A model generated the notes under the pieces. The model searched no databases. It was not told the origin of the DNA and saw only the letters and a list, made by a program, of their open reading frames with translations. This document shows positions 19,114 to 28,457 of a stretch of DNA of 64,000 bases, one piece after another (position 1 is the first letter of the stretch; the number at the start of each line of letters is the position of its first letter). The DNA comes from an uncultured Chthonomonadaceae bacterium (lineage in GTDB: Bacteria; Armatimonadota; Chthonomonadetes; Chthonomonadales; CAJBBX01). The stretch spans positions 32,047 through 96,046 of the forward strand of contig CAYSDM010000006.1 in NCBI GenBank assembly GCA_964429855.1. Reading direction: 5' to 3'. The position numbers and the translations under genes were made by a program.

Positions 19114-20040
19114 ATGCAGCATCGCGCGAAGGTGGTTGTCGTCGGCAGCAGCAATACCGATATGGTGGTAAAAACGCAGCGCATTCCGTCCCCCGGCGAG
19201 ACGGTGCTGGGCGGCGACTTTCTGATGACGGCGGGCGGCAAGGGCGCGAATCAGGCGGTAGCGGCGGCGCGCCTCGGAGCGGAGGTTACCTTCGTGGCGC
19301 GGGTCGGCGCGGATATCTTCGGCGAGCGCGCGGTGGCGAATATCGCGGCGGCGGGAGTCCGCACGGAGCAGATTGCGCGAGATGAGAACAACCCGTCCGG
19401 CGTCGCGCTGATCTGCGTGGACGAGGTCGGGCAGAACTCCATCGTGGTGGCTCCCGGCGCAAACGGTCACCTGACCCCGGAAGATGTGCAGGCGGCGCGC
19501 CCGGCGTTTGCGGCGGCGAACGTTGTCGTTATTCAGTTTGAGGTTCCGCTGCGAACGGTCGCCGCCGCCATCCGTCTGGCAAACGAGCTTGGTAAAATGG
19601 TGGTGGTGAATCCCGCGCCCGCGCTGCCCCTGCCGGAAGGCTTTCTCAACGGCGTAGACGTACTGACTCCTAATGAGGGCGAGGCGGCGATGCTTCTGGG
19701 GCATACGCTTAGCGAGGGGTTTGACGGCGAAAAAGCGGCGCGCGCGCTGCTGGAGAGAGGGGTAGGCGCGGCGGTGGTCACGCTGGGACCGCTTGGCGTA
19801 GCGGCGGCGACACGCGATCGCGACTTCTATGCCCCGCCGCATACTGTGAAGGTGCTGGACACCACTGCCGCCGGGGACTGCTTCACGGGCGCGCTTGCCT
19901 GCGCTCTGGGTGAGGGGATGGAACTCGGTCCCGCCATCCACTTCGCCAATGCCGCCGCGGCGCTCTCGATTACCCGTATGGGCGCGCAGACCTCCATGCC
20001 TGCCCGACTTGAGGTGGAGACCTTCCTCGCCGAAAGGTAG
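19114..20040 (+). CDS. rbsK: Ribokinase
   Basis: VVVVGSSNTDMVV, GGKGANQAVAAARLG and the C-terminal DTTAAGDCFTGAL PfkB signature. Confidence 0.9.
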   Translation: MQHRAKVVVVGSSNTDMVVKTQRIPSPGETVLGGDFLMTAGGKGANQAVAAARLGAEVTFVARVGADIFGERAVANIAAAGVRTEQIARDENNPSGVALICVDEVGQNSIVVAPGANGHLTPEDVQAARPAFAAANVVVIQFEVPLRTVAAAIRLANELGKMVVVNPAPALPLPEGFLNGVDVLTPNEGEAAMLLGHTLSEGFDGEKAARALLERGVGAAVVTLGPLGVAAATRDRDFYAPPHTVKVLDTTAAGDCFTGALACALGEGMELGPAIHFANAAAALSITRMGAQTSMPARLEVETFLAER

Positions 20041-20047
20041 AACCCCC

Positions 20048-20111
20048 AAAACGCGCCGGTTCCTCACAGAGTCCCGCAAAGGATCAAGAGGAACCGGCGC
20101 GTTTTAATTTT
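20048..20111. terminator. Long-stem hairpin terminator between convergent rbsK and the DUF1080 gene
   Basis: aaaacgcgccggttcctc (20048-20065) pairs perfectly with gaggaaccggcgcgtttt (20088-20105). Followed by ttttaatttt on the + strand. Confidence 0.7.
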
Positions 20112-20829
20112 GAACCCTCTTCGACAGGTTCAGAGGTTTCAGCCAGATGTTGCGATAGCGAACCGCGTTGCCGTGATCCTGCAGCAGAATGGGACCGGTC
20201 TTCACCGCCGGTCCGGGCAGTCCGGCAGCGGTGGGACACTGTTGAATCTCCACATCGTCGTGAATCTTGATGCCGTTGTGCAGCACGGTAATGCGCGGCT
20301 TTTCCGTCACGTTGCCCGCTGCGTCAAAGCGCGGGGCGCGGAAGGTGATATCGTAAGTCTGCCACTCTTTCGGGGGAAGGGTGGCATTGACACGGGGCGG
20401 AGCCTGCCCGTAGAGCGCGCCGCAGTCGCCGGTTTCGGGCGTCAAACCGTAGGAATCGAGCACCTGAATCTCATAGCGCCCATGCATATAGACGCCGCTG
20501 TTGCCGCGTGCCTGTCCCTGCGCCTCCGGCATCAGAGGAACCATGAACTCCACATGCAGTTGGAAGTCGCCGAACTCTTGCTTCGTCTGAATGTCGCCGG
20601 TTCCCGGTTTCACCTCCATCGCGCCTTCGACCAATGTCCACTCAAACGGCTTGCCGCTTCCCCGATGCACCCACTGTGAGCCATCTTTGCCGTCGAACAG
20701 CACCATCGCGCCTTTTGGCGGCTTCACAGGCCTGGTGATTCGCTTCGGCGTCTGTTGCGCCGCCGCCAGCGACCCGATCACCGCGCCAACCAGCGCAAGA
20801 CTGACTATTTTCATCCAACGGAACTGCAT
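20104..20829 (-). CDS. Secreted DUF1080 (3-keto-disaccharide hydrolase-like) protein
   Basis: Signal peptide. FGDFQLHVEF, NSGVYMHGRYEIQVLDS and GPILLQDHGNAVRYRNIWLKPL are hallmark DUF1080 blocks. Confidence 0.85.
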   Translation of the reverse strand: MQFRWMKIVSLALVGAVIGSLAAAQQTPKRITRPVKPPKGAMVLFDGKDGSQWVHRGSGKPFEWTLVEGAMEVKPGTGDIQTKQEFGDFQLHVEFMVPLMPEAQGQARGNSGVYMHGRYEIQVLDSYGLTPETGDCGALYGQAPPRVNATLPPKEWQTYDITFRAPRFDAAGNVTEKPRITVLHNGIKIHDDVEIQQCPTAAGLPGPAVKTGPILLQDHGNAVRYRNIWLKPLNLSKRVQN

Positions 20830-21237
20830 CTGTAGAATCCTCCTTGTATGCCAGCCCTTTTATTGTACGATCCGAAGCCGCGCCCCGTCAAGAATAACCG
20901 GACTCGTTGGACTGCCCTGATTTGTGACGACTTTTCACCAGGTTTACTGAAGAATTCATGGGCCTTTGCCGAATATCCGTAAAGTTTTTGAAAAAAGGAG
21001 TCGAAACTGAGGGGTAATATGGTTTCCGGTTGTGCGTCTAATAGACGAGAATCAGATCAAAGCCGTGGACAGACTGCAGGACAAGAGGGATCGCAGGAAG
21101 GGAAAAACGCCGGTACTTTGAGAGGAAAAATAGAGGCGGATTACGAAACCTTGCGCATCATCCGAACGTAAACGTATAGAGTAGTGTCGAAGAACAGTCT
21201 CTTTTGCCTCAGCCAGTACCAAGGAGCGGTCAGAAAG

Positions 21238-21549
21238 ATGTCTGAAAAACAGGATCAAGCCGGCTCGATCGGCAACTCGTTGCTGATCTTTCTGCTGGGC
21301 GTCGCGGTGGGAGCGACCGTAGCCATACTCTATGCCCCCGCTGCCGGAACAGATACCCGTGCTCAGATCGCAGAGAAGGCAACCACTCTCAAGGATAAGG
21401 CGAGCGAGCTATCGCATCAGGTGGCGGACAGAGCCGCCGAAATCCGGGAGAAAGTCGTTGCCAGAGTCCGTCCGGGAGAGAATGCCCCGGCTGAGTCGCT
21501 TGATGCGACCGCCAGCGAGGCAACGCCGAACGGAGCCGATACGACTTAA
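21238..21549 (+). CDS. YtxH-like membrane-anchored stress protein
   Basis: AAGGAG RBS. One TM helix (LLIFLLGVAVGATVAILYAP) followed by AAGTDTRAQIAEKA and a helical tail, as in YtxH domain proteins. Confidence 0.7.
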   Translation: MSEKQDQAGSIGNSLLIFLLGVAVGATVAILYAPAAGTDTRAQIAEKATTLKDKASELSHQVADRAAEIREKVVARVRPGENAPAESLDATASEATPNGADTT

Positions 21550-21615
21550 AAACGCAAAGGCGAACGTCAGACCGCAGACAGAGAGCTATCTCTGTCAAGA
21601 ACCTCTCTTGAAGAC

Positions 21616-21648
21616 GGGACGACGCCTGAGCGTCGTCCCGTTTTTCTT
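21616..21648 (+). terminator. Rho-independent terminator
   Basis: gggacgacgc-ctga-gcgtcgtccc (10-bp perfect stem) followed by gtttttcttctt. Confidence 0.8.
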
Positions 21649-21842
21649 CTTCGGCTTCTTTCCCGCGACACGATTATCTTCGCGCTCCGGTCCTCGGAGC
21701 GCGCGACCCGACGCTTTTATACGATTCTGCTAACTTTTACAGACCCGAATCTCAAAGAGGATTGCCCTGTGCCGATAGAACAGGTCTTTCGCAGCGCCGT
21801 GAGCATCGGGTTGTCTGGGGCAGGTTGGGACGGTGAGAGAAA

Positions 21843-22940
21843 GTGAACATCATGCCAACACGAAATGAGATTGTCCGAATGTGCTGCCGACTGCGCGCGC
21901 GTGGCCTGTCGCCGACGACCGATCTGGCGCTGGAGGTGCATCACTGCCTGAATGCCGACTGCCCGGAACTGGATGTGGAGCGTCTCAACGATATTCTGCT
22001 GGAGCTGGATCCGGACACAGGACGGGAAGCGGGAACGGTGGAGACTTCAGAGACCTCTTCGGAGGATAAAGCCTGGGATGAGGAGGGGGATATGCTGGCA
22101 ATGATGAACGATCCTCACGATATTCCCGATCCCTGGGTGATCTCTACGGGAAAGACGCCGTTGCTGACGCCGAATCAGGAGATCCGGCTGGCGCGTCGGG
22201 TCGAGCAGGGCGATGCGCGGGCGCGAGAGGAACTGGTCAACGCGAACGTGCGTCTGGTGGCGTCGGTGGCACGCCGGTTCCTGGGACGCGGCTTGCCGCT
22301 GGAAGACCTGATGCAGGAAGGCATGATCGGACTGATCCGCGCGGTGGAGAAGTACAACTACCGCAAGGGCTACCGTTTCAGCACCTACGCGACCCACTGG
22401 ATTCGACAGGCGATCTCTCGCGCGCTGGCGAATCAGGCGCGTTCGATCCGGCTCCCGGCGCATGTGGTGGACGCGATCAGCCGGATTGCGCGGATTCGCG
22501 CGGAACTGTACCAGAGCCTGAACCGTCCGCCGACTCGCCAGGAACTGGCGGAGGCGGTCGGGATGACGGAGAAACGGCTGATTCAGATTCTGCGCAGCGC
22601 GGCGCAGCCGCTCTCGCTGCAGTCGCCGGTGGGCGAGGAGGGCGAGTCGCAACTGGGGGACTTCCTGCGTGCTGGAGAAGAGAGTTCGCCGTCCGACCAT
22701 GTCTTCCGCTACCTGGTCCGGGAGGAACTGGAGCGGGCGCTGAACACTCTGACTCCGCGGGAGAAGGATGTTCTCATCCTGCGATATGGTCTGAATGAGG
22801 AAGATCCGCATACGCTGGAGGAGACGGGACGACGCCTGCGAATCACCCGCGAGCGGGTGCGACAGATCGAAGCGAAGGCGCTGATGAAGCTGCGCCACTC
22901 GCAGACGGCGGGACGACTCAAGGAAGCCGTCTCCGAATAA
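21843..22940 (+). CDS. RNA polymerase sigma-70 family factor, group 1/2 (RpoD/SigA-like)
   Basis: Regions 1.2-4.2 are all recognisable: LVNANVRLVASVARRF, DLMQEGMIGLIRAVEKY, YRFSTYATHWIRQAISRA, SIRLPAHV and ITRERVRQIEAKALMKLRH. The start is GTG 21843 or ATG 21852. Confidence 0.9.
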   Translation: MNIMPTRNEIVRMCCRLRARGLSPTTDLALEVHHCLNADCPELDVERLNDILLELDPDTGREAGTVETSETSSEDKAWDEEGDMLAMMNDPHDIPDPWVISTGKTPLLTPNQEIRLARRVEQGDARAREELVNANVRLVASVARRFLGRGLPLEDLMQEGMIGLIRAVEKYNYRKGYRFSTYATHWIRQAISRALANQARSIRLPAHVVDAISRIARIRAELYQSLNRPPTRQELAEAVGMTEKRLIQILRSAAQPLSLQSPVGEEGESQLGDFLRAGEESSPSDHVFRYLVREELERALNTLTPREKDVLILRYGLNEEDPHTLEETGRRLRITRERVRQIEAKALMKLRHSQTAGRLKEAVSE

Positions 22941-22960
22941 GGGAGTTCTGACACGAAACG

Positions 22961-22994
22961 GGGGAACGCGGTTTTCTGCGTTCCCCTCTTTTTT
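22961..22994 (+). terminator. Rho-independent terminator
   Basis: ggggaacgc-ggttttct-gcgttcccc followed by tctttttt. Confidence 0.8.
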
Positions 22995-23061
22995 CGGCAG
23001 GAGTATCGTGGAGATTACGCCAACTGGATAGACACTATTTTCAGGAAGCAGGACTCCGCCC

Positions 23062-24597
23062 ATGAATTCCGTTGAACCGTGTGATGAGACCCTCTCTGTC
23101 GTGCCCGATTCCTGTACGCTGGTGCTGTTCGGCGCGACAGGCGACCTGACCCGTCGCAAACTGATCCCCGCGCTCTACAGTCTGGCGGTGCAGGAGCTTC
23201 TGCCGGAGCGATTCGCCATCGTCGCCTTTGCGCGCCGCGACAAAGACGATGCGAGCTTCCGGGAAGACCTGCGGGAAGCCGTTCGCGCCTTTGCCCCCTC
23301 CCTGCCCGCCGAAGGCGAGACCTGGGAGCGGTTCACCCGCCGCGTCTTCTACCATCGCTCCACTCTGGACGACCCGCAGGGCTACCGGCAACTGAGCAGA
23401 CGGCTCGATGCGCTGGATCGGGAGCTTGGTCTGAGCGGCAGCCGACTCTTCTATCTGGCGACTCCGCCGGACAACTTTGCCGGGATCGTGACCCATCTGG
23501 GACAGGCGGGGCTGGCGCGTCTCCCGCAGGAGAAGGGTCCCTGGACTCGGATCGTGATCGAGAAGCCGTTCGGCTACGATCTGGAGTCGGCGCGGGCATT
23601 AAACCGGCATATCCGCTCCATTTTCTCCGAAGAGCAGATATACCGGATAGATCACTATCTGGGCAAGGAGACCGTGCAGAACATCCTGGTGCTGCGCTTC
23701 GCCAACCGCCTGTTTGAACTGCTGTGGAACCATCTGTATGTGGATAATGTACAGATCACGGTGGCGGAGACCCTCGGCGTAGAGGGGCGCGGAGCCTACT
23801 TCGATGAGGCGGGCATCCTGCGCGATATTGTCCAGAATCATGCCCTGCAGATCATGACCCTGATCGCGATGGAGCCGCCGATCTCGCTGGAGGCAGACGC
23901 CATCCGGGATGAGAAGGTGAAGGCGCTGCGCTCCATTCGCCGCTTTACGCCGGAAGAGGTGGCGCGCAGCGCCATTCGCGCCCAGTATAGCGCCGGAAGC
24001 GTCGGCGGAAAGCCGGTTCCCGGCTATCGGGAGGAGGAGGGCGTTCCTGCCGACTCGCACACGGAAACGGCGGCTGCGCTGCGTTTCTGGGTGGATAACT
24101 GGCGATGGGCGGGCGTGCCGTTCTATGTGCGCGCAGGCAAGCGGATGCCCCGGCGCGTTACCGAGGTGGTATTGCAGCTCAAGGATGTGCCGGATGTGCT
24201 TTTTGCGCGTATGTCCTGTATGGATATGACGCCCAATCGCCTGACCCTGCGCATACAGCCGGATGAGGGCGTCGAAATCCTGATGAGCGCCAAACGTCCC
24301 GGTCCGACGGTGCAGGTGGAGCCGGTCTCCATGCGCTTTGCCTACAGCGAGGAGTTCGGGCAGAGCATTCCCGACGCATACGAGCGACTGCTGCTCAACG
24401 CGATGCTGGGGGACGCCTCCCTGTTTGCCCGCGATGACGAGGTGGAGACCGCCTGGGAGCTTCTGATGCCGGTGCTGGAGGGCTGGAAAGCCTCCCCGGA
24501 GCCGCCGCACGCCTATCCTGTCGGAACCTGGGGACCGGGGGCGGCGGACGATCTGCTGCGAAATGATGGACGGGTCTGGTGGGTGCCGATGGATTAG
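23062..24597 (+). CDS. zwf: Glucose-6-phosphate 1-dehydrogenase
   Basis: LVLFGATGDLTRRKLIPALY NADP motif, RIDHYLGKE active-site signature, 511 aa. Confidence 0.95.
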   Translation: MNSVEPCDETLSVVPDSCTLVLFGATGDLTRRKLIPALYSLAVQELLPERFAIVAFARRDKDDASFREDLREAVRAFAPSLPAEGETWERFTRRVFYHRSTLDDPQGYRQLSRRLDALDRELGLSGSRLFYLATPPDNFAGIVTHLGQAGLARLPQEKGPWTRIVIEKPFGYDLESARALNRHIRSIFSEEQIYRIDHYLGKETVQNILVLRFANRLFELLWNHLYVDNVQITVAETLGVEGRGAYFDEAGILRDIVQNHALQIMTLIAMEPPISLEADAIRDEKVKALRSIRRFTPEEVARSAIRAQYSAGSVGGKPVPGYREEEGVPADSHTETAAALRFWVDNWRWAGVPFYVRAGKRMPRRVTEVVLQLKDVPDVLFARMSCMDMTPNRLTLRIQPDEGVEILMSAKRPGPTVQVEPVSMRFAYSEEFGQSIPDAYERLLLNAMLGDASLFARDDEVETAWELLMPVLEGWKASPEPPHAYPVGTWGPGAADDLLRNDGRVWWVPMD

Positions 24598-24943
24598 CGC
24601 GTGGAATCACGCCATAGAATCGTTTCACTCCTTGCGAACCGGCAGGAGTTTCGCCCCTCTGCGGTGAATCAGTCCCTGACCGATGGTACAGAGACAGGCG
24701 AATACCTTATGAATCTGGCGCAGGCGCTGACAATCGCCGTCATCCTGGCATCTATTGTCTTCATTTTCTGGGGACGGAGCGCGTCCGGCAAAGCCGTTCT
24801 GACGCGCCTGTTCGGCGCGCCGACGCCGCCGCGCAGATCCGGGACACGCTCTGAAAAGCGCGCTTCCGCGCCCGGCGCTCGTTCCGGCGCGTCCGGGTCT
24901 TGCGCAAAAAACGCTGCCGGATCGTCTCCAAAGACTACCCCGC

Positions 24944-25723
24944 GTGCCGTATCACGCACGGCGTCCAATCGTGGAAGAAAACAGTAGCGCGCCTGCATCG
25001 CCCCGCCCTCCCCGGCGATTCCTCTCCCGTTCGGCAGCGATCTTTCTGGTGATTCTGCTGACGGTCTCCGCGCTGGTCGCCGCAATCCCTTCCCTGCGCT
25101 GGCGCAGCGCGCAGATTGCGCGCACCCGCTGCCTGACCAATCAGCGGCGGATGGCGACCGGACTGCTGCTCTATGCGCTGGATCATGACGGCTGCCTGCC
25201 TCCGCCGGAGTATCCTCAGCCCGAAGGAAAGTGGCGTACATGGATCGCCTGCCTGCAGCCCTATATCGCCGATCAGGAGATCACCGACTGCCCGGTTAAT
25301 CCGTTTAAGAAGGCGACCAACCCCTATCACGGCTATCCCGCCGACAGCAGCTATGCGTTGAATCTGCGCTTCTTCGGGGTTTTTGCCCCGGGACCGTTCC
25401 CGATTGAGAATGTCGAGATCCCCGCCCAGACCGTTCTGTTGACGGAAGCCGGATTCTACCGGGCGCAGGGACCGTTCGGACCGCCCTCCTATCCCTGGGC
25501 GATGACCTGGTACTGGGATACCGCCTGGTGGCCCAATGTCTATCCCTCGCCGCACAATCGGCGGATGAATGTGGCGGTGGCGGACGGGCATTCGGTCTCT
25601 GTCAAAGTCGCCTACTATACGCCGGAGGGGCATGACCCCCTCTATGGCAGACTCGGCGGCGCGGTCTATAACTGGAATGGCGGCTATCCCAACGGAAAAA
25701 CGGACGGCGTGCCGAAGGAGTAG
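24944..25723 (+). CDS. H-X9-DG (DUF1559-type) pilin-like protein lacking a canonical prepilin leader
   Basis: Single N-terminal TM. CLTNQRRMATGLLLYALDHDGCLPP, and HNRRMNVAVADGHS gives H-X9-DG exactly. GTG start with no clear RBS, so the start is uncertain. Confidence 0.65.
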   Translation: MPYHARRPIVEENSSAPASPRPPRRFLSRSAAIFLVILLTVSALVAAIPSLRWRSAQIARTRCLTNQRRMATGLLLYALDHDGCLPPPEYPQPEGKWRTWIACLQPYIADQEITDCPVNPFKKATNPYHGYPADSSYALNLRFFGVFAPGPFPIENVEIPAQTVLLTEAGFYRAQGPFGPPSYPWAMTWYWDTAWWPNVYPSPHNRRMNVAVADGHSVSVKVAYYTPEGHDPLYGRLGGAVYNWNGGYPNGKTDGVPKE

Positions 25724-25916
25724 ACGGTGAAGTTCGCCCCGATTCCAGAGAAAATAACGGAATCCGATAGGCTTTCCGACAGGGATCGGCGGACAAACCT
25801 GTAAAAAACGCTTGCGTAACTCGGTTGCGCGTTGTATAATGTTCGCGCTACATAACCACCCTGTGAGAGCGCTGCGCCCCCCGCATGAAAGCCTCACGTA
25901 TTCAGGAGGAAGGTTC

Positions 25917-26453
25917 ATGGCTCAAAGGGCACTGTTTCGCCCCGGCACCTGGAAGCAGAACCTGCTGACAGCACTGGCAGTTTGTTCCGTGATCGTCGTC
26001 GTTGGATGCGGCGGCGGTGGAGGGGGTGGGGGTAATCCGCCCGGCGGCACCGGCGCATGCGGAAGTCCCGGCGGCTCGACCACTCCCGTTCTCTGTGGCA
26101 AAGTCTTCCGTGATGGAACCGGAACCACCATCTCCGGCGCGACCGTTACCCTCCGCACGGCAACCGGCACATCGCTGAGCAGCACCACGACCGATTCCAA
26201 CGGTTTCTTCAAGTTTTCCACCGTTCCTGCGGGCACCGCCCTGTTCCAGGTAGACCCGCCCGCAACCGGATATACCGCCAATACCGCGCGATATGGAGGC
26301 AAGGTCTACGCCTACTATATCCGCAATCAGGCGAATACGGCAGCCTGCATTATGTCAACAGGCTCTATCCCTGCCGGCGATAAGGATCTGGGATCGGTTT
26401 TCCTCTTCCCGGACTCCACGCCGCCACCGCCTCCCTTCGGTTGTCCTCTCTAA
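25917..26453 (+). CDS. Lipoprotein with carboxypeptidase-regulatory-like beta-sandwich domain
   Basis: AGGAGGAAGG RBS. Lipobox VVVGC followed by a Gly run. GATVTLRTATG...TDSNGFFKFSTVPAG is the CarboxypepD_reg pattern. Confidence 0.65.
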   Translation: MAQRALFRPGTWKQNLLTALAVCSVIVVVGCGGGGGGGGNPPGGTGACGSPGGSTTPVLCGKVFRDGTGTTISGATVTLRTATGTSLSSTTTDSNGFFKFSTVPAGTALFQVDPPATGYTANTARYGGKVYAYYIRNQANTAACIMSTGSIPAGDKDLGSVFLFPDSTPPPPPFGCPL

Positions 26454-26475
26454 ACAACCCCCCGCGCACTTTTCC

Positions 26476-26514
26476 GCCCCCGCGTTCTCTGACTGCGCGG
26501 GGGCTTTTATTTTC
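26476..26514. terminator. Hairpin terminator shared by convergent genes
   Basis: gcccccgcg (26476-84) pairs with cgcgggggc (26496-26504), followed by ttttatttt. The stop of the minus-strand gene abuts it. Confidence 0.7.
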
Positions 26515-28453
26515 AGGAGAGGAACTGATAGATCGGAACCTGAAACAGCCGCCCGATCAGCGCCCATCCCGCCTGAATCCCGATATCCCCCAGCGTAAGT
26601 CCCACAAAGAAAGCCAGGCTGCGCCGATAGAGGGCGTGTCCCCCGTAGCGCAGCACCAGAACTTTGGTCATCCATGCCAGCAGAAACGGCACGAAGAAGG
26701 CTGCCAGACTCAGGGTGTTGCTTAGCACATAGCCGACCGGGTGCAGCGGGAAGAAGGGCAGCCGCGTTCGCAGCCACGCCAGCAGCGCGGTGAATCCCCC
26801 GCCCAACAGCAGCGCGGTCATTCCCGAAACATCGAAGGGGGCGCGCTGGCTTGCGCTGCGATGCATCTCGTTCATACCCACCTGCGCCTTCCACATGGCA
26901 AAGGCGTTGCTTTTTGCGGTTGCCGCGCCGAGTGAGTAGAACTGACTCAGGCTGAACCACCAGGCAAACAGCAGCGCGGTGACCGTTCCGATCCCGCACC
27001 AGCACAGGATCGTGCGCCAGCGCAGTCCCGCCGTCTCCCCGATCTTCAGTCCCTCGAACAGATAGGGCAGCATCTGCGCCCGAATATCCACATGCACCAG
27101 ATCGAACAGCCCGCCTGCCACCATCGCGCGCGGAGGCAGTCCGTAGGTTCCCAGCAGTCCGCCCATGACGCGCGCGGGCGTCCAGCTAAGAGGCGCAAAC
27201 GTCCAGATACCCCCCGCCTCGCCGCGCACCCGCGCCCCGCACAACACATAGGCGACATAGAGCGCGATCGTCCCCAACGCCATCAGCGGCGCGATCCCCG
27301 CCGCCATCATCATGGCGGCGCAGAGCGTCATACAGAGCGCCGCCAGCGCGCCCAACCGCCGAAGGTCCCGCCGGTCCCTCGACGGCGAGGTCTGCATCAG
27401 ATGCGACCAGCGCAGGCGCGCTCCCCATAACGCCAGCGCGGCAAAGGCGATCCAGGCTCCCGCTGCCTGTTCCTCCCGAAAGGGAAAACGCGCCGCCCCG
27501 GTTCCCGCCGACTCCACGCCAAACAGCGTCCCGATCAGATAGGAGAGCCGTGTCGCGATCCAGAAGAAGAGGCAGCTAAAGCTGACGCTGCTGGGGACAA
27601 AGTAGGCTAGCCCGATCGCCATCGGGTAGAAGCCGACCTGAAGATCGGGCAGGGAGTTCCAGGGAGGAGAAGTGAACAGAAGCGGCTTGATATCGAACGC
27701 CTTCAACTGAAACGCGGGAACCGAGGGATACCAGTCGTGCAGCACCAGCAGACTCTGCAGAACGACCGGGACGGCAACGCCCATCCAGAAGAGCGGGCGG
27801 TGAAACAGGTCGTCACGCGGGTCGGTAAGCTGGATCGGCAGCACCGTGATCGGGAAAGTGAGACGCTCCTGATGAATCCAGATACGGTGCAGAACCGCTG
27901 CCAGCCCGATCCAGATTCCGCTCAGAAGCAGCAGGTAGAGGCTCCAGAATCCGATGGGCAGCAGCCATGCCTGCCAGGGGACGCCCGTCCCGCCCTGGTA
28001 GAGCGCGCGGATCGCCTCCGGATCGTGCAGCACGGGCAGCGAGGAGAGCGCGGGCAGATAGGCGTTCCACTGCGGCTGGGTCGCGGAAAAGTAGGGCAGA
28101 AACCCCATCCCCGTTATCAGAAAACGCATCCCGCCGAATCCCATGATCGGGATGGTGCAGGTCAGGACGATATAGCCGAACAGAAGCTCCTGCCGTGCCA
28201 GCCCGAACCGGTGCATCAACGTCCGCCCGATCAGAAGATAGATGACGGTCGGCATCATCAGCGAGTAGCAGATCAGGTAGACGCTCTGGGCGATCTCGCT
28301 GTCCGCCACCCAGGCAATCAGCGCCGCCTGCGCCGCCAGAATCAGCGCCAGAACGCGCAGGCGTATCCGGCCGGACCCGCGCAGGTTCCGGTTATCCGCC
28401 TCCGGCAGAGGAGGCTCCCCGGAATCCATACGATGGACGGGATCGGCGTTCAT
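26513..28453 (-). CDS. Large polytopic membrane protein, function unknown
   Basis: About 646 aa from MNADPV; this ATG lies 4 nt after the upstream stop. More than 12 hydrophobic segments throughout. I recognise no transporter signature. Confidence 0.75.
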   Translation of the reverse strand: MNADPVHRMDSGEPPLPEADNRNLRGSGRIRLRVLALILAAQAALIAWVADSEIAQSVYLICYSLMMPTVIYLLIGRTLMHRFGLARQELLFGYIVLTCTIPIMGFGGMRFLITGMGFLPYFSATQPQWNAYLPALSSLPVLHDPEAIRALYQGGTGVPWQAWLLPIGFWSLYLLLLSGIWIGLAAVLHRIWIHQERLTFPITVLPIQLTDPRDDLFHRPLFWMGVAVPVVLQSLLVLHDWYPSVPAFQLKAFDIKPLLFTSPPWNSLPDLQVGFYPMAIGLAYFVPSSVSFSCLFFWIATRLSYLIGTLFGVESAGTGAARFPFREEQAAGAWIAFAALALWGARLRWSHLMQTSPSRDRRDLRRLGALAALCMTLCAAMMMAAGIAPLMALGTIALYVAYVLCGARVRGEAGGIWTFAPLSWTPARVMGGLLGTYGLPPRAMVAGGLFDLVHVDIRAQMLPYLFEGLKIGETAGLRWRTILCWCGIGTVTALLFAWWFSLSQFYSLGAATAKSNAFAMWKAQVGMNEMHRSASQRAPFDVSGMTALLLGGGFTALLAWLRTRLPFFPLHPVGYVLSNTLSLAAFFVPFLLAWMTKVLVLRYGGHALYRRSLAFFVGLTLGDIGIQAGWALIGRLFQVPIYQFLS

Positions 28454-28457
28454 TGCG

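Noticed and set aside
21019-21171. 50-aa hydrophilic ORF (MVSGCASNRRESDQ...) in the AT-richer spacer upstream of ytxH
   Set aside because: It has only a weak SD-like GAGGGG, low-complexity polar sequence and no recognisable family. The evidence is insufficient.
22047-23159. 370-aa minus-strand ORF opposite the sigma factor gene
   Set aside because: It is a shadow ORF. The plus-strand product has all sigma-70 regions.
24601-24987. 128-aa ORF between zwf and the H-X9-DG gene, with a possible small TM protein from MNLAQAL at 24709
   Set aside because: It has one plausible TM helix, but the rest is an Arg/Ser/Ala-rich tail typical of out-of-frame high-GC translation. There is no RBS, and it overlaps the next gene in another frame. 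I did not call it as a feature, though a short membrane peptide cannot be excluded.
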